From: the human T2T-CHM13v2.0 reference genome, Homo sapiens
Direction: 5' to 3' (one strand)
Assembly (NCBI RefSeq): GCF_009914755.1
Contig: NC_060937.1
Length of the DNA: 64,000 nt
Position 1 is the first letter of the stretch, and each line of letters opens with the position of its first letter. The notes beneath the pieces are model-generated. The model was not told the origin of the DNA. It saw only the letters and a list, made by a program, of their open reading frames with translations, and ran no database searches. Position numbers and translations under genes: made by a program. Below are positions 30,201-46,900 of this stretch, piece after piece.

Positions 30201-33200
30201 AATATGAAATTACATCAAATATATATTATATTATGTACATAAAATATGAAAGTACATCAAATATAGATTATATACTGTACATAAAATACCAAAGTACACC
30301 AAATATATATTTTATACTGTACATGCAATATGAAAGTTCACAAACTATATATTATATACTGTACATAAAATATCAAAGTACCCAAGGTATATATTCTATA
30401 CTGTACAAAAAATATCAAAGTACCCAAAGCATGTATTATATACTGTACATAAAATATGAAAGTACATCAAATATATATTTTATTCTGTACATAAAATATT
30501 AAAGTACACTAAATATATATTCTATAGTGTACATAAAATATCAAAGTACCCAAACTATACATTATATACTGTACATAAAATATGAAATTACATCAAATAT
30601 ATATTATATTAGGTACATAAAATATGAAAGTACATCAAATATAGATTATATACTGTACATAAAATACCAAAGTAACCCAAATACATATTATATACTGTAC
30701 ATGAAATATCAAAGTTCACAAACTATTTATTATATACTGTACATAAAATATCAAAGTACCCAAGGTATATATTCTATACTGTACAAAAAATATCAAAGTA
30801 CCCAAAGCATGTATTATATTGTGTATATAAAATATGAAAGTACATCAAATATATATTTAATTCTGTACATAAAATATCAAAGTACACCAAATATATATTC
30901 TATAGTGTACATAAAATATCAAAGTACCCAAACTATACATTATATACTGTACATAAAATATGAAATTACATCAAATATATATTATATTAGGTACATAAAA
31001 TATGAAAGTACATCAAATATAGATTATATACTGTACATAAAATACCAAAGAACCCCAAATATATATTATATACTGTACATGAAATATCAAAGTTCACAAA
31101 CTATATATTATATACTGTACATAAAATATCAAAGTACCCAAGGTATATATTCTATACTGTACAAAAAATACCAAAGTACCCAAAGCATGTATTATATACT
31201 GTTAATAAAATATGAAAGTACATCAAATATATATTTTATTCTGTACATAAAATATCAAAGTAAACCAAATATATATTCTATAGTGTACATAAAATATCAA
31301 ATTACCCAAACTATACATTATATACTGTACATAAAATATGAAATTACATCAAATATATATTATATTAGGTACTTAAAATATGAAAGTACGTCAAATATAA
31401 ATTATATACTGTACATAAAATACCAAAATACCCCAAATATATATTATATACTGTACATGCAATATCAAAGTTCACAAACTATATATCATATACTGTACAT
31501 AAAATATCAAAGTACCGAAGGTATATATTCTATAGTGTACAAAAAATATGAAAGTACGCAAAGCATGTATTATATACTGTACATAAAATATGAAAGTACA
31601 TCAAATATATATTTTATTCTGTACATAAAACATCAAAGTACACCAAATATATATTCTATAGTGTACATAAAATATCAAAGTACCCAAACTATACATTATA
31701 AACTGTAGATAAAATATGAAATTACATCAAATATATACTATATTATGTACATAAAATATGAAAGTACATCAAATATAGATTATATACTGTACATAAAATA
31801 CCAAAGTACCCCAAATATATATTTTATACTGTACATGCAACATCAAAGTTCACAAACTATATATTATATACTGTACATAAAATATCAAAGTACCCAAGGT
31901 ATATATTCTATACTGTATAAAAAATATCAAAGTACGCAAAGCATGTATTATATACTGTACATAAAATATGAAAGTACATCAAATATATATTTTATTCTGT
32001 ACATAAAATATCAAAGTACACCAAATATATATTCTATAGTGTACATAAAATATCAAAGTACCCAAACTATACATTATATACTGTACATAAAATATGAAAT
32101 TACATCAAATATATATTAAAATAGGTACATAAAATATGAAAGTACATCAAATATAGATTATATACTGTACATAAAATATCAAAGTATCCCAAATATATAT
32201 TATATACTGTACATGAAATATAAAAGTTCACAAACTATATATTATATACTGTACATAAAATATCAAAGTACCCAAGGTATATATTCTATACTGTACAAAA
32301 AATATGAAATTACATCAAATATATATTATATTATGTACATAAAATATGAAAGTACATCAAATATAGATTATATACTGTACATAAAATACCAAAGTACACC
32401 AAATATATATTTTATACTGTACATGCAATATCAAAGTTCACAAACTATATATTATATACTGTACATAAAATATCAAAGTACCCAAGGTATATATTCTATA
32501 CTGTACAAAAAATATCATAGTACCCAAAGCATGTATTATATACTGTACATAAAATATGAAAGTACATCAAATATATATTTTATTCTGTACATAAAATATT
32601 AAAGTACACTAAATATATATTCTATAGTGTACATAAAATATCAAAGTACCCAAACTATACATTATATACTGTACATAAAATATGAAATTACATCAAATAT
32701 ATATTATATTAGGTACATAAAATATGAAAGTACATCAAATATAGATTATATACTGTACATAAAATACCAAAGTACCCCAAATACATATTATATACTGTAC
32801 ATGAAATATCAAAGTTCACAAACTATTTATTATATACTGTACATAAAATATCAAAGTACCCAAGGTATATATTCTATACTGTACAAAAAATATCAAAGTA
32901 CCCAAAGCATGTATTATATTGTGTATATAAAATATGAAAGTACATCAAATATATATTTAATTCTGTACATAAAATATCAAAGTACACCAAATATATATTC
33001 TATAGTGTACATAAAATATCAAAGTACCCAAACTATACATTATATACTGTACATAAAATATGAAATTACATCAAATATATATTATATTAGGTACATAAAA
33101 TATGAAAGTACATCAAATATAGATTATATACTGTACATAAAATACCAAAGAACCCCAAATATATATTATATACTGTACATGAAATATCAAAGTTCACAAA

Positions 33201-36200
33201 CTATATATTATATACTGTACATAAAATATCAAAGTACCCAAGGTATATATTCTATACTGTACAAAAAATACCAAAGTACCCAAAGCATGTATTATATACT
33301 GTTAATAAAATATGAAAGTACATCAAATATATATTTTATTCTGTACATAAAATATCAAAGTACACCAAATATATATTCTATAGTGTACATAAAATATCAA
33401 ATTACCCAAACTATACATTATATACTGTGCATAAAATATGAAATTACATCAAATATATATTATATTAGGTGCATAAAATATGAAAGTACATCAAATATAA
33501 ATTATATACTGTACATAAAATATCAAAGTACCCCAAATATATATTATATACTGTACATGAAATATCAAAGTTCACAAACTATATATTATATACTGTACAT
33601 AAAATATCAAAGTACCCAAGGTATATATTCTATACTGTACAAAAAATATCAAAGTACCCAAAGCATGTATTATATAGTGTATATAAAATATGAAAGAACA
33701 TCAAATATATATTTTATTCTGTACATAAAATATCAAAGTACACCAAATATATATTCTATAGTGTACATAAAATATCAAATTACCCAAACTATGCATTATA
33801 TACTGTACATAAACTATGAAATTACATCAAATATATATTATATTAGGTACATAAAATATGAAAGTACATCAAATATAGATTGTATACTGTGCATAGAATA
33901 CCAAAGTACCCCAAATACATATTGTATACTGTACATGAAATATCAAAGTTCACAAACTATATTTTATATACTGTACATAAAATTTCAAAGTACCCAAGGT
34001 ATATATTCTATACTGTACAAAAAATATCAAAGTACCCAAAGCAAGTATTATATACTGTACATAAAATATGAAAGTACATCAAATGTGTATTTTATTCTGT
34101 ACATATATCAAAGTACACCAAATATATATTCTATAGTGTACATAAAATATCAAAGTACCCAAACTATACATTATATACTGTACATAAAATATGAAATTAC
34201 ATCAAATATATACTATATTATGTACAAAAAATATGAAAGTACATCAAATATAGATTATATACTGTACATAAAATACCAAAGTACCCCAAATAAATATTTT
34301 ATACTGTACATGCAATATCAAAGTTCACAAACTATATATTATATACTGTACATAAAATATCAAAGTACCGAAGGTATATATTCTATACTGTACAAAAAAT
34401 ATCAAAGTACCCAAAGCATGTATTATATACTGTACATAAAATATGAAAGTACATCAAATATATATTTTATTCTGTACATAAAATATCAAAGTACACCAAA
34501 TATATATTCTATAGTGTACATAAAATATCAAAGTACCCAAACCATACATTATATACTGTACATAAAATATGAAATTACATCAAATATATATTATATTAGG
34601 TACATAAAATATGAAAGTACATCAAATATAGATTATATAGTGTACATAAAATACCAAAGTACCCCAAATATATATTATATACTGTACATGAAATATTAAA
34701 GTTCACAAACTATATATTATATACTGTACATAAAATATCAAGGTACCCAAGGTATATATTCTATACTCTACAAAAAATATCAAAGTACCCAAAGCATGTA
34801 TTATATACTGTACATAAAATAAGAAAGTACATCAAATATATGTTTAATTCTGTACATAAAATATCAAAGTACACCAAATATATATTCTATAGTGTACATA
34901 AAATATCAAAGTACCCAAACTATACATTATATACTGTACATAAAATATGAAATTACGTCAAATATATATTATATTATGTACATAAAATATGAAAGTACAT
35001 CAAATATAGATTATATACTGTACATAAAATACCAAAGAACCGCAAATATATATTATATACTGTACATGAAATATCAAAGTTCACAAACTATATATTATAT
35101 ACTGTACATAAAATATCAAAGTACCCAAGGTATATATTCTATACTGTACAAAAAATATCAACGTACCCAAAGCATGTATTATATACTGTACATAAAATAT
35201 GAACGTACATCAAATATATATTTTATTCTGTACATAAAATATCAAAGTACACTAAATATATATTCTATAGTGTACATAAAATATCAAAGTACCCAAACTA
35301 TACATTATATACTGTACATAAAATATGAAATTACATCAAATATATATTATATTAGGTACATAAAATATGAAAGTACATCAAATATAAATTATATACTGTA
35401 CATAAAATACCAAAGTACCCCAAATATATATTATATACTGTACATGCAATATCAAAGTTCACAAACTATATATCATATACTGTACATAAAATATCAAAGT
35501 ACCGAAGGTACATATTCTATACTGTACAAAAAATATCAAAGTACCCAAAGCATGTATTATATACTGTACATAAAATATGAAAGTACATCAAATATATATT
35601 TTATTCTGTACATTAAATATCAAAGTACACCAAATATATATTCTATAGTGTACATAAAATATCAAAGTACCCAAACGATACATTATATACTGTACATAAA
35701 ATATGAAATTACATCAATTATATATTATATTAGGTACATAAAATATGAAAGTACATCAAATATAGATTGTATACTGTGCATAAAATACCAAAGTACCCCA
35801 AATACATATTATATACTGTACATGAAATATGAAAGTTCACAAACTATATATTATATACTGTACATAAAATATCAAAGTACCCAAGGTATATATTCTATAC
35901 TGTACAAAAAATATCAAAGTACCCAAAGCAAGTATTATATACTGTACATAAAATATGAAAGTACATCAAATATGTATTTTATTCTGTACATATAATATCA
36001 AAGTACACCAAATATATATTCTATAGTGTACATAAAATATCAAAGTACCCAAACTATACATTAGAAACTGTACATAAAATATGAAATTACATCAAATATA
36101 TACTATATTATGTACATAAAATATGAAAGTACATCAAATATAGATTATATACTGTATGTAAAACACCAAAGTACCCCAAATATATATTTTATACTGTACA

Positions 36201-39200
36201 TGAAATATCAAAGTTCACAAACTATATATTATATACTGTACATAAAATACCAAAGTACCAAAGGTATATATTCTATACTGTACAAAAAATATCAAAGTAC
36301 CCAAAGCATGTATTATATACTGTACATAAAATATGAAAGTACATCAAATATATATTTTATTCTGTACATAAAATATCAAAGTACACCAAATATATATTCT
36401 ATAGTGTACATTAAATATTAAAGTACCCAAGCTATACATTATATAATGTACATAAAATATGAAATTACATCAAATATATATTATATTAGGTACATAAAAT
36501 ATGAAATTACATCAAATATACATTATATACTGTACATAAAATACCAAAGTACCCCAAATTCATATTATATACTGTACATGAAATATGAAAGTTCACAAAC
36601 TATATATTATATACTGTACATAAAATATCAAAGTACCCAAGGTATATATTCTATACTGTACAAAAAATATCAAAGTACCCAAAGCATGTATTATATACTG
36701 TACATAAAATATGAAAGTACATCAAATATATATTTTATTCTGTACATAAAATATCAAAGTACACCAAATATATATTCTATAGTGTACATAAAATATCAAA
36801 GTACCCAAACTATACATTATATACTGTACATAAAATATGAAAATACATCAAATATATATTATATTAGGTACATAAAATATGAAAGTACATCAAATATAAA
36901 TTATATACTGTACATAAAATACCAAAGTACCCCAAATATATATTATATACTGTACATGCAATATCAAAGTTCATAAACTATATATCATATACTGTACATA
37001 AAATATCAAAGTACCGAAGGTATATATTCTATGCTGTACAAAAAATATCAAAGTACCCAAAGCATGTATTATATACTGTACATAAAATATGAAAGTACAT
37101 CAAATATATATTTTATTCTGTACATAAAATATCAAAGTACACCAAATATATATTCTATAGTGTACATAAAATATCAAAGTACCCAAACTATACATTATAT
37201 ACTGTACATAAAATATGAAATTACATCAAATATATATTATATTAGGTACATAAAATATGAAAGTACATCAAATATAGATTATATACTGTACATAAAATAC
37301 CAAAGTACCCCAAATACATATTATATACTGTACATGAAATATCAAAGTTCACAAACTATATATTATATACTGTACATAAAATATCAAAGTACCCAAGGTA
37401 TATATTCTATACTGTACAAAAAATATCAAAGTACCCCAAGCAAGTATTATATACTGTACATAAAATATGAAAGTACATCAAATATATATTTTATTCTGTA
37501 CATAAAGTATCAAAGTACACCAAATATATATCCTATAGTGTACATAAAATATCAAAGTACCCAAACTATACATTATATACTGTACATAAAATATGAAATT
37601 ACATCGAATATATATTATATTAGGTACTTAAAATATGAAAGTACATCAAATATAAATTATATACTGTACATAAAGTACCAAAGTACCCCAAATATATATT
37701 ATATACTGTACATGCAATATCAAAGTTCACAAACTATATATCATATACTGTACACAAAATATCAAAGTACCGAAGGTATATATTCTATAGTGTACAAAAA
37801 ATATGAAAGTACGCAAAGCATGTATTATATACTGTACATAAAATATGAAAGTATATCAAATATATATTTTATTCTGTACATAAAATATCAAATTGCACCA
37901 AATATATATTCTATAGTGTACATAAAATATCAAAGTACCGAAACTATACATTATATACAGTACATAAAATATGAAATTACATCAAATATATATTATAATA
38001 GGTACATAAAATATGAAAGTACATCAAATATAAATTATATACTGTACATAAAATACCAAAGAACCCCAAATATATATTATATACTGTACATGAAATATCA
38101 AAGTTCACAAACTATATATTATATACTGTATATAAAATATCAAAGTACCCAAGGTATATATTCTATACTGTACAAAAAATATCAAAGTACCCAAAGCATG
38201 TATTATATACTGTTCATAAAATATGAAAGTACATCAAATATATATTTTATTCTGTACATAAAATATCAAAGTACACCAAATATATATTCTATAGTGTACA
38301 TTAAATATCAAAGTACCCAAACTATACATTATATACTGTACATAAAATATGAAATTACATCAAATATATATTATATTAGGTACATAAAATATGAAAGTAC
38401 ATCAAATATAGATTATATACTGTACATAAAATACCAAAGTACCCCAAGTACATATTATATACTGTACATGAAATATCAAAGTTCACAAACTATATATTAT
38501 ATACTGTACATAAAATATCAAAGTACCCAAGGTATATATTCTGTACTGTACAAAAAATATCAAAGTACCCAAAGCATGTATTATATACTGTACATAAAAT
38601 ATGAAAGTACATCAAATAAATATTTTATTCTGTACATAAAATATCAAAGTACACCAAATATATATTCTACAGTGTACATAAAATATCAAAGTACCCAAAC
38701 TATACATTATAAACTGTAGATAAAATATGAAATTACATCAAATATATACTATATTATGTACATAAAATATGAAAGTACATCAAATATAGATTATATACTG
38801 TACATAAAATACCAAAGTACCCCAAATATATATTTTATACTGTACATGCAATATCAAAGTTCACAAACTATATATTATATACCGTATATAAAATATCAAA
38901 GTACCCAAGGTATATATTCTATACTGTACAAAAAATATGAAATTACATCAAATATATATTATATTATGTACATAAAATATGAAAGTACATCAAATATAGA
39001 TTATATACTGTACATAAAATACCAAAGTACACCAAATATATATTTTATACTGTACATGCAATATCAAAGTTCACAAACTATATATTATATACTGTACATA
39101 AAATATCAAAATACCCAAGGTATATATTCTATACTGTACAAAAAATATCAAAGTACCCAAAGCATGTATTATATACTGTACATAAAATATGAAAGTACAT

Positions 39201-39600
39201 CAAATATATATTTTATTCTGTACATAAAATATTAAAGTACACTAAATATATATTCTATAGTGTACATAAAATATCAAAGTACCCAAACTATACATTATAT
39301 ACTGTACATAAAATATGAAATTACATCAAATATATATTATATTAGGTACATAAAATATGAAAGTACATCAAATATAGATTATATACTGTACATAAAATAC
39401 CAAAGTACCCCAAATACATATTATATACTGTACATGAAATATCAAAGTTCACAAACTATTTATTATATACTGTACATAAAATATCAAAGTACCCAAGGTA
39501 TATATTCTATACTGTACAAAAAATATCAAAGTACACAAAGCATGTATTATATTGTGTATATAAAATATGAAAGTACATCAAATATATATTTTATTCTGTA
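24290..39600 (+). repeat. Older, diverged ~9.5-kb tandem super-repeat (24290-33780, partial second copy 33780-39600)
   Basis: A constant offset of 9489 holds for markers 24391/33880, 26572/36061 ('ttagaaact'), 27942/37431 ('gtaccccaagcaag') and 28951/38440 ('taccccaagtacat'). The offset then drops in 378-bp steps to 9111 (29645/38756) and 8733 (30527/39260). Confidence 0.8.
29200..33400 (+). repeat. 2100-bp (50 x 42) near-identical tandem duplication
   Basis: ORF pairs 29645/31745, 30113/32213 and 30527/32627, and stops 29608/31708, 30019/32119 and 30502/32602, are all offset by 2100. Confidence 0.92.
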
Positions 39601-42600
39601 CATAAAATATCAAAGTACACCAAATATATATTCTATATGTACATAAAATATCAAAGTACCCAAACTATACATTATATACTGTACATAAAATATGAAATTA
39701 CATCAAAAATATATTACATTAGGTACATAAAATATGAAAGTACATCAAATATAGATTATATACTGTACATAAAATATCAAAGTACCCCAAATATATATTA
39801 TATACTGTACATGAAATATCAAAGTTCACAAAGTATATATTATATACTGTACATAAAATTTCAAAGTACCCAAGGTATATATTCTATACTGTACAAAAAA
39901 TATCAAAGTACCCAAAGCATGTATTATATACTGTACATAAAATATGAAAGTACATCAAATAAATATTTTATTCTGTACATAAAATATCAAAGTACACCAA
40001 ATATATATTCTATAGTGTACATAAAATATCAAAGTACCCAAACTATACATTATATACTGTACAAAAAATATGAAACTACATCAAATATATATTATAATAG
40101 GTACATAAAATATGAAAGTACATCAAATATTAATTATATACTGTACATAAAATACCAAAGAACACCAAATATATATTATATACTGTACATGAAATATCAA
40201 AGTTCACAAACTATATATTATATACTGTATATAAAATATCAAAGTACCCAAGGTATATATTCTGTACTGTATAAAAAATATCAAAGTACCCAAAGCATGT
40301 ATTATATACTGTTCATAAAATATGAAAGTTCATCAAATATATATTTTATTCTGTACATAAAATATCAAAGTACACCAAATATATATTCTATAGTGTACAT
40401 AAAATATCAAAGTACCCAAACCATACATTATATACTGTACATAAAATATGAAATTACATCCAATATATATTATATTAGGTACATAAAATATGAAAGTACA
40501 TCAAATATAGATTATATAGTGTACATAAAATACCAAAGTACCCAAATATATATTATATACTGTACATGAAATATCAAAGTTCACAAACTATATATTATAT
40601 ACTGTACATAAAATATCAAGGTACCCAAGGAATATATTCTATACTCTACAAAAAATATCAAAGTACCCAAAGCATGTATTATATACGGTACATAAAATAT
40701 GAAAGTACATCAAATATATATTTAATTCTGTACATAAAATATTAAAGTACACCAAATATATATTCTATAGTGTACATAAAATATCAAAGTACCCAAACTA
40801 TACATTATATACTGTACATAAAATATGAAATTACGTCAAATATATATTATATTATGTACATAAAATATGAAAGTACATCAAATATAGATTATATACTGTA
40901 CATAAAATACCAAAGTACACCAAATATATATTTTATACTGTACATGAAATATCAAAGTTCACAAACTATGTATTATATACTGTAGATAAAATATCAAAGT
41001 ACCCAAGGTATGTATTCTATACTGTACAAAAAATATCAAAGTACCCAAAGCATGTATTATATACTGTACATAAAATATGAAAGTACATCAAATATAGATT
41101 ATATACTGTACATAAAATACCAAAGTACCCCAAATACATATTATATACTGTACATGAAATATCAAAGTTCACAAACTATATATTATATACTGTACATAAA
41201 ATATGAAAGTACCCAAGGTATATATTCTATAATGTACAAAAAATATCAAAGTACCCAAAGCAAGTATTATATACTGTACATAAAATATGAAAGTACATCA
41301 AATATATATTTAATTCTGTACATAAAATATCAAAGTACACCAAATTTGTATTCTATAGTGTACATAAAATATCAATGTAGCCAAACTATACATTATATAC
41401 TGTACATAAAATATGAAATTACATCAAATATATATTATATTATGTACATAAAATATGAAACTACATCAAATATAGATTATATACTGTACATAAAATACCA
41501 AAGTACACCAAATATATATTTTATACTGTACATGCAATATCAAAGTTCACAAACTATATATTATATACTGCACATAAAATATCAAAGTACCCAAGGTATA
41601 TATTCTATACTGTGCAAAAAATATCAAAGTACCCAAAGCATGTATTATATACTGTACATAAAATATGAAAGTACATCAAATATATATTTTATTCTGTACA
41701 TAAAATATCAAAGTACACTAAATATATATTCTATAGTGTACATAAAATATCAAAGTACCCAAACTATACATTATATACTGTACATAAAATATGAAATTAC
41801 ATCAAATATATATTATATTAGGTACATAAAATATGAAAGTACATCAAATATAGATTATATACTGTACATAAAATACCAAAGTACCCCAAATACAAATTAT
41901 ATACTGTACATGAAATATCAAAGTTCACAAACTATATATTATATACTGTACATAAAATATCAAAGTACCCAAGGTATATATTCTATACTGTTCAAAAAAT
42001 ATCAAAGTTCCCAAAGCAAGTATTATATACTGTACATAAAATATGAAAGTACATCAAATATATATTTTATTCTGTACATAAAATATCAAAGTACACCAAA
42101 TATATATTCTATAGTGTACATAAAATATCAAAGTACCCAAACTATACATTATATACTGTACATAAAATATGAAATTACATCAAATATATATTATATTAGG
42201 TACTTAAAATATGAAAGTACATCAAATATAAATTATATACTGTACATAAAATACCAAAGTACCCCAAATATATATTATATACTGTACATGAAATATCAAT
42301 GTTCACAATCTATATATTATATACTGTATATAAAATATCAAAGTACTGAAGGTATATATTCTATACTGTACAAAAAATATCAAAGTACCCAAAGCATGTA
42401 TTATATACTGTTCATAAAATATGAAACTACATCAAATATATATTTTATTCTGTACATAAAATATCAAAGTACACCAAATATATATTCTATAGTGTACATA
42501 AAATATCAAAGTACCCAAACTATACATTATAAACTGTACATAAAATATGAAAGTACATCAAATATATACTATATTATGTACATAAAATATGAAAGTACAT

Positions 42601-43919
42601 CAAATATATATTTTATTTTGTACATAAAATATCAAAGTACACCAAATATATATTCTATAGTGTACATAAAATATCAAAGTACCCAAACTATACATTATAT
42701 ACTGTACATAAAATATGAAATTACATCAAATATATATTATATTAGGTACATAAAATATGAAAGTACATCAAATATAAATTATATACAGTACATAAAATAC
42801 CAAAGTACCCCAAATGTATATTATATACTGTACATGCAATATCAAAGTTCACAAACTATATATCATATACTGTACATAAAATATCAAAGTACCGAAGGTA
42901 TATATTCTATACTGTACAAAAAATATCAAAGTACGCAAAGCATGTATTATATACTGTACATAAATTATGAAAGTACATCAAATATATATTTTATTCTGTA
43001 CATAAAATATCAAAGTACACCAAATATATATTCTATAGTGTACATAAAATATCAAAGTACCCAAACTATACATTATATACTGTACATGAAATATGAAATT
43101 ACATAAAATATATATTATATTAGGTACTTAAAATATGAAAATACATCAAATATAAATTATATACTGTACATAAAATACCAAAGTAACCCAAATATATATT
43201 ACATACTGTACATGAAATATCAAAGTTCACAAACTATATATTTTATACTGTACATAAAATATCAAAGTACCCAAGGTATATATTCTATACTGTACAAAAA
43301 ATATAAAAGTACCCAAAACATGTATCATATACTGTACATAAAATATGAAAGTACATCAAATATATATTTTATTCTGTACATAAAATATCAAAGTACACCA
43401 AATATATATTCTATAGTGTACATAAAATATCAAAGTACCCAAACTATACATTTTATACTGTACATAAAATATGAAATTACATCAAATATATATTACATTA
43501 GGTACATAAAATATGAAAGTACATCAAATATAGATTATATACTGTACATAAAATATCAAAGTACCCCAAATATATATTATATACTGTACATGAAATATCA
43601 AAGTTCACAAACTATATATTATATACTGTACATAAAATATCAAAGTACCCAAGGTATATATTCTGTACTGTACAAAAAATATCAAAGTACCCAAAGCATG
43701 TATTATATACTGTACATAAAATATGAAAGTACATCAAATAAATATTTTATTCTGTACATAAAATATCAAAGTACACCAAATATATATTCTACAGTGTACA
43801 TAAAATATCAAAGTACCCAAACTATACATTATAAACTGTACATAAAATTTGAAATTACATCAAATATATACTATATTATGTACATAAAATATGAAAGTAC
43901 ATCAAATATAGATTATATA

Positions 43920-46900
43920 CTGTACATAAAATATCAAAGTACCCAAACTATACATTATATACTGTACATAAAATATGAAATTACATCAAATATATATTAT
44001 ATTAGGTACATAAAATATGAAAGTACATCAAATATAGATTATATACTGTACATAAAATATCAAAGTACCCAAATATATATCATATACTGTACATGAAATA
44101 TCAAAGTTCACAAACTATATATTATATACTGTACATAAAATATCAAAGTACCCAAACTATACATTATATACTGTACATAAAATATGAAATTACATCAAAT
44201 ATATATTTTATTAGGTATGTAAAATATGAAAGTACATCAAATATAGATTATATACTGTACATAAAATACCAAAGTACCCCAAATATATATTTTATACTGT
44301 ACATGAAATATCAAAGTTCTCAAACTATATATTATATACTGCACATAAAATATCAAAGTACCCAAGTTATATATTCCATACTGTACAAAAAATATCAAAG
44401 TACCCAAAGCATATATTATATTCTGTACATAAAATATGAAATTACATCAAATATATATTTTATTCTGTACATAAAATTTCAAAGTACACCAAATATATAT
44501 TCTATACTGTACATAAAATATCAAGGTACCCAAACTATACATTATATACTGTACATAAAATATGAAATTACATCAAATATATATTATATTAGGTACATAA
44601 AATATGAAAGTACATCAAATATAGATTATATACTGTACATAAAATATCAAAGTACCCAAATATATATCATATACTGTGCATGAAATATCAAAGTTCACAA
44701 ACTATATATTATATACTGTACATAAAATATCAAAGTACCCAAACTATACATTATATACTGTACATAAAATATGAAATTACATCAAATATATATTTTATTA
44801 GGTATGTAAAATATGAAAGTACATCAAATATAGATTATATACTGTACATAAAATACCAAAGTACCCCAAATATATATTTTATACTGTACATGAAATATCA
44901 AAGTTCTCAAACTATATATTATATACTGCACATAAAATATCAAAGTACCCAAGGTATATATTCCATACTGTACAAAAATTATCAAAGTACCCAAAGCATA
45001 TATTATATGCTGTACATAAAATATGAAAGTACATCAAGTATATATTTTATTCTGTACATAAAATATCAAAGTACACCAAATATATACTCTATACTGTACA
45101 TAAAATATCAAGGTACCCAAACTATACATTATATACTGTACATAAGATATGAAATTACATCAAATATATATTATATTAGGTATGTAAAATATGAAAGTAC
45201 ATCAAATATAGATTATATACTGTACATAAAATATCAAAGTACCCAAATATATATCATATACTGTACATGAAATATCAAAGTTCACAAACTATATATTATA
45301 TACTGTACATAAAATATCAAAGTACCCAAACTATACATTATATACTGTACATAAAATATGAAATTACATCAAATATATATTTTATTAGGTATGTAAAATA
45401 TGAAAGTACATCAAATATAGATTATATACTGTACATAAAATACCAAAGTACCCCAAATATATATTTTATACTGTACATGAAATATCAAAGTTCTCAAACT
45501 ATATATTATATACTGCACATAAAATATCAAAGTACCCAAGCTATATATTCCATACTGTACAAAAAATATCAAAGTACCCAAAGCATATATTATATGCTGT
45601 ACATAAAATATGAAAGTACATCAAGTATATATTTTATTCTGTACATAAAATATCAAAGTACACCAAGTATATATTCTATACTGTACATAAAATATCAAGG
45701 TACCCAAACTATACATTATATACTGTATATAAGATATGAAATTACATCAAATATATATTATATTATGTACGTAAAATATGAAAGTACATCAAATATAGCT
45801 TATATACTGTACATAAAATATCAAAGTACCCAAATATATATCATATACTGTACATGAAATATCAAAGTTCACACACTATATATTATATACTGTACATAAA
45901 ATATCAAAGTACCCAAACTATACATTATATACTGTACATAAAATATGAAATTACATCAAATATATATTTTATTAGGTATGTAAAATATGAAAGTACATCA
46001 AATATAGATTATATACTGTACATAAAATACCAAAGTACCCCAAATATATATTTTATACTGTACATGAAATATCAAAGTTCTCAAACTATATATTATATAC
46101 TGCACATAAAATATCAAAGTACCCAAGGTATATATTCCATACTGTACAAAAAATATCAAAGTACCCAAAGCATATATTATATGCTGTACATAAAATATGA
46201 AAGTACATCAAGTATATATTTTATTCTGTACATAAAATATCAAAGTACACCAAGTATATATTCTATACTGTACATAAAATATCAAGGTACCCAAACTATA
46301 CATTATATACTGTATATAAGATATGAAATTACATCAAATATATATTATATTATGTACGTAAAATATGAAAGTACATCAAATATAGCTTATATACTGTACA
46401 TAAAATATCAAAGTACCCAAATATATATCATATACTGTACATAAAATATCAAAGTTCACACACTATATATTATATACTGTACATAAAATATCAAAGTACC
46501 CAAACTATACATTATATACTGTACATAAAATATGAAATTACATCAAATATATATTTTATTAGGTATGTAAAATATGAAAGTACATCAAATATAGATTATA
46601 TACTGTACATAAAATACCAAAGTACCCCAAATATATATTTTATACTGTACATGAAATATCAAAGTTCTCAAACTATATATTATATACTGCACATAAAATA
46701 TCAAAGTACCCAAGGTATATATTCCATACTGTACAAAAAATATCAAAGTACCCAAAGCATATATTATATGCTGTACATAAAATATGAAAGTAAATGAAAT
46801 ATATATTTTATTCTCTACATAAAATATCAAAGTACACCAAATATATATTCTATACTGTACATAAAATGTCAAGTTACCCAAAGTATACATTATATACTGT

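Larger units (their letters stand above)
12290..43920 (+). repeat. 378-bp 9-mer HOR domain 2 (heterogeneous, with internal multi-kb duplications)
   Basis: Canonical A-I order resumes, and the long ORFs (e.g. 15581..17776, 22382..25333, 32627..34699) show a 126-aa period. The 14-mer diagnostic set is absent. Confidence 0.92.
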
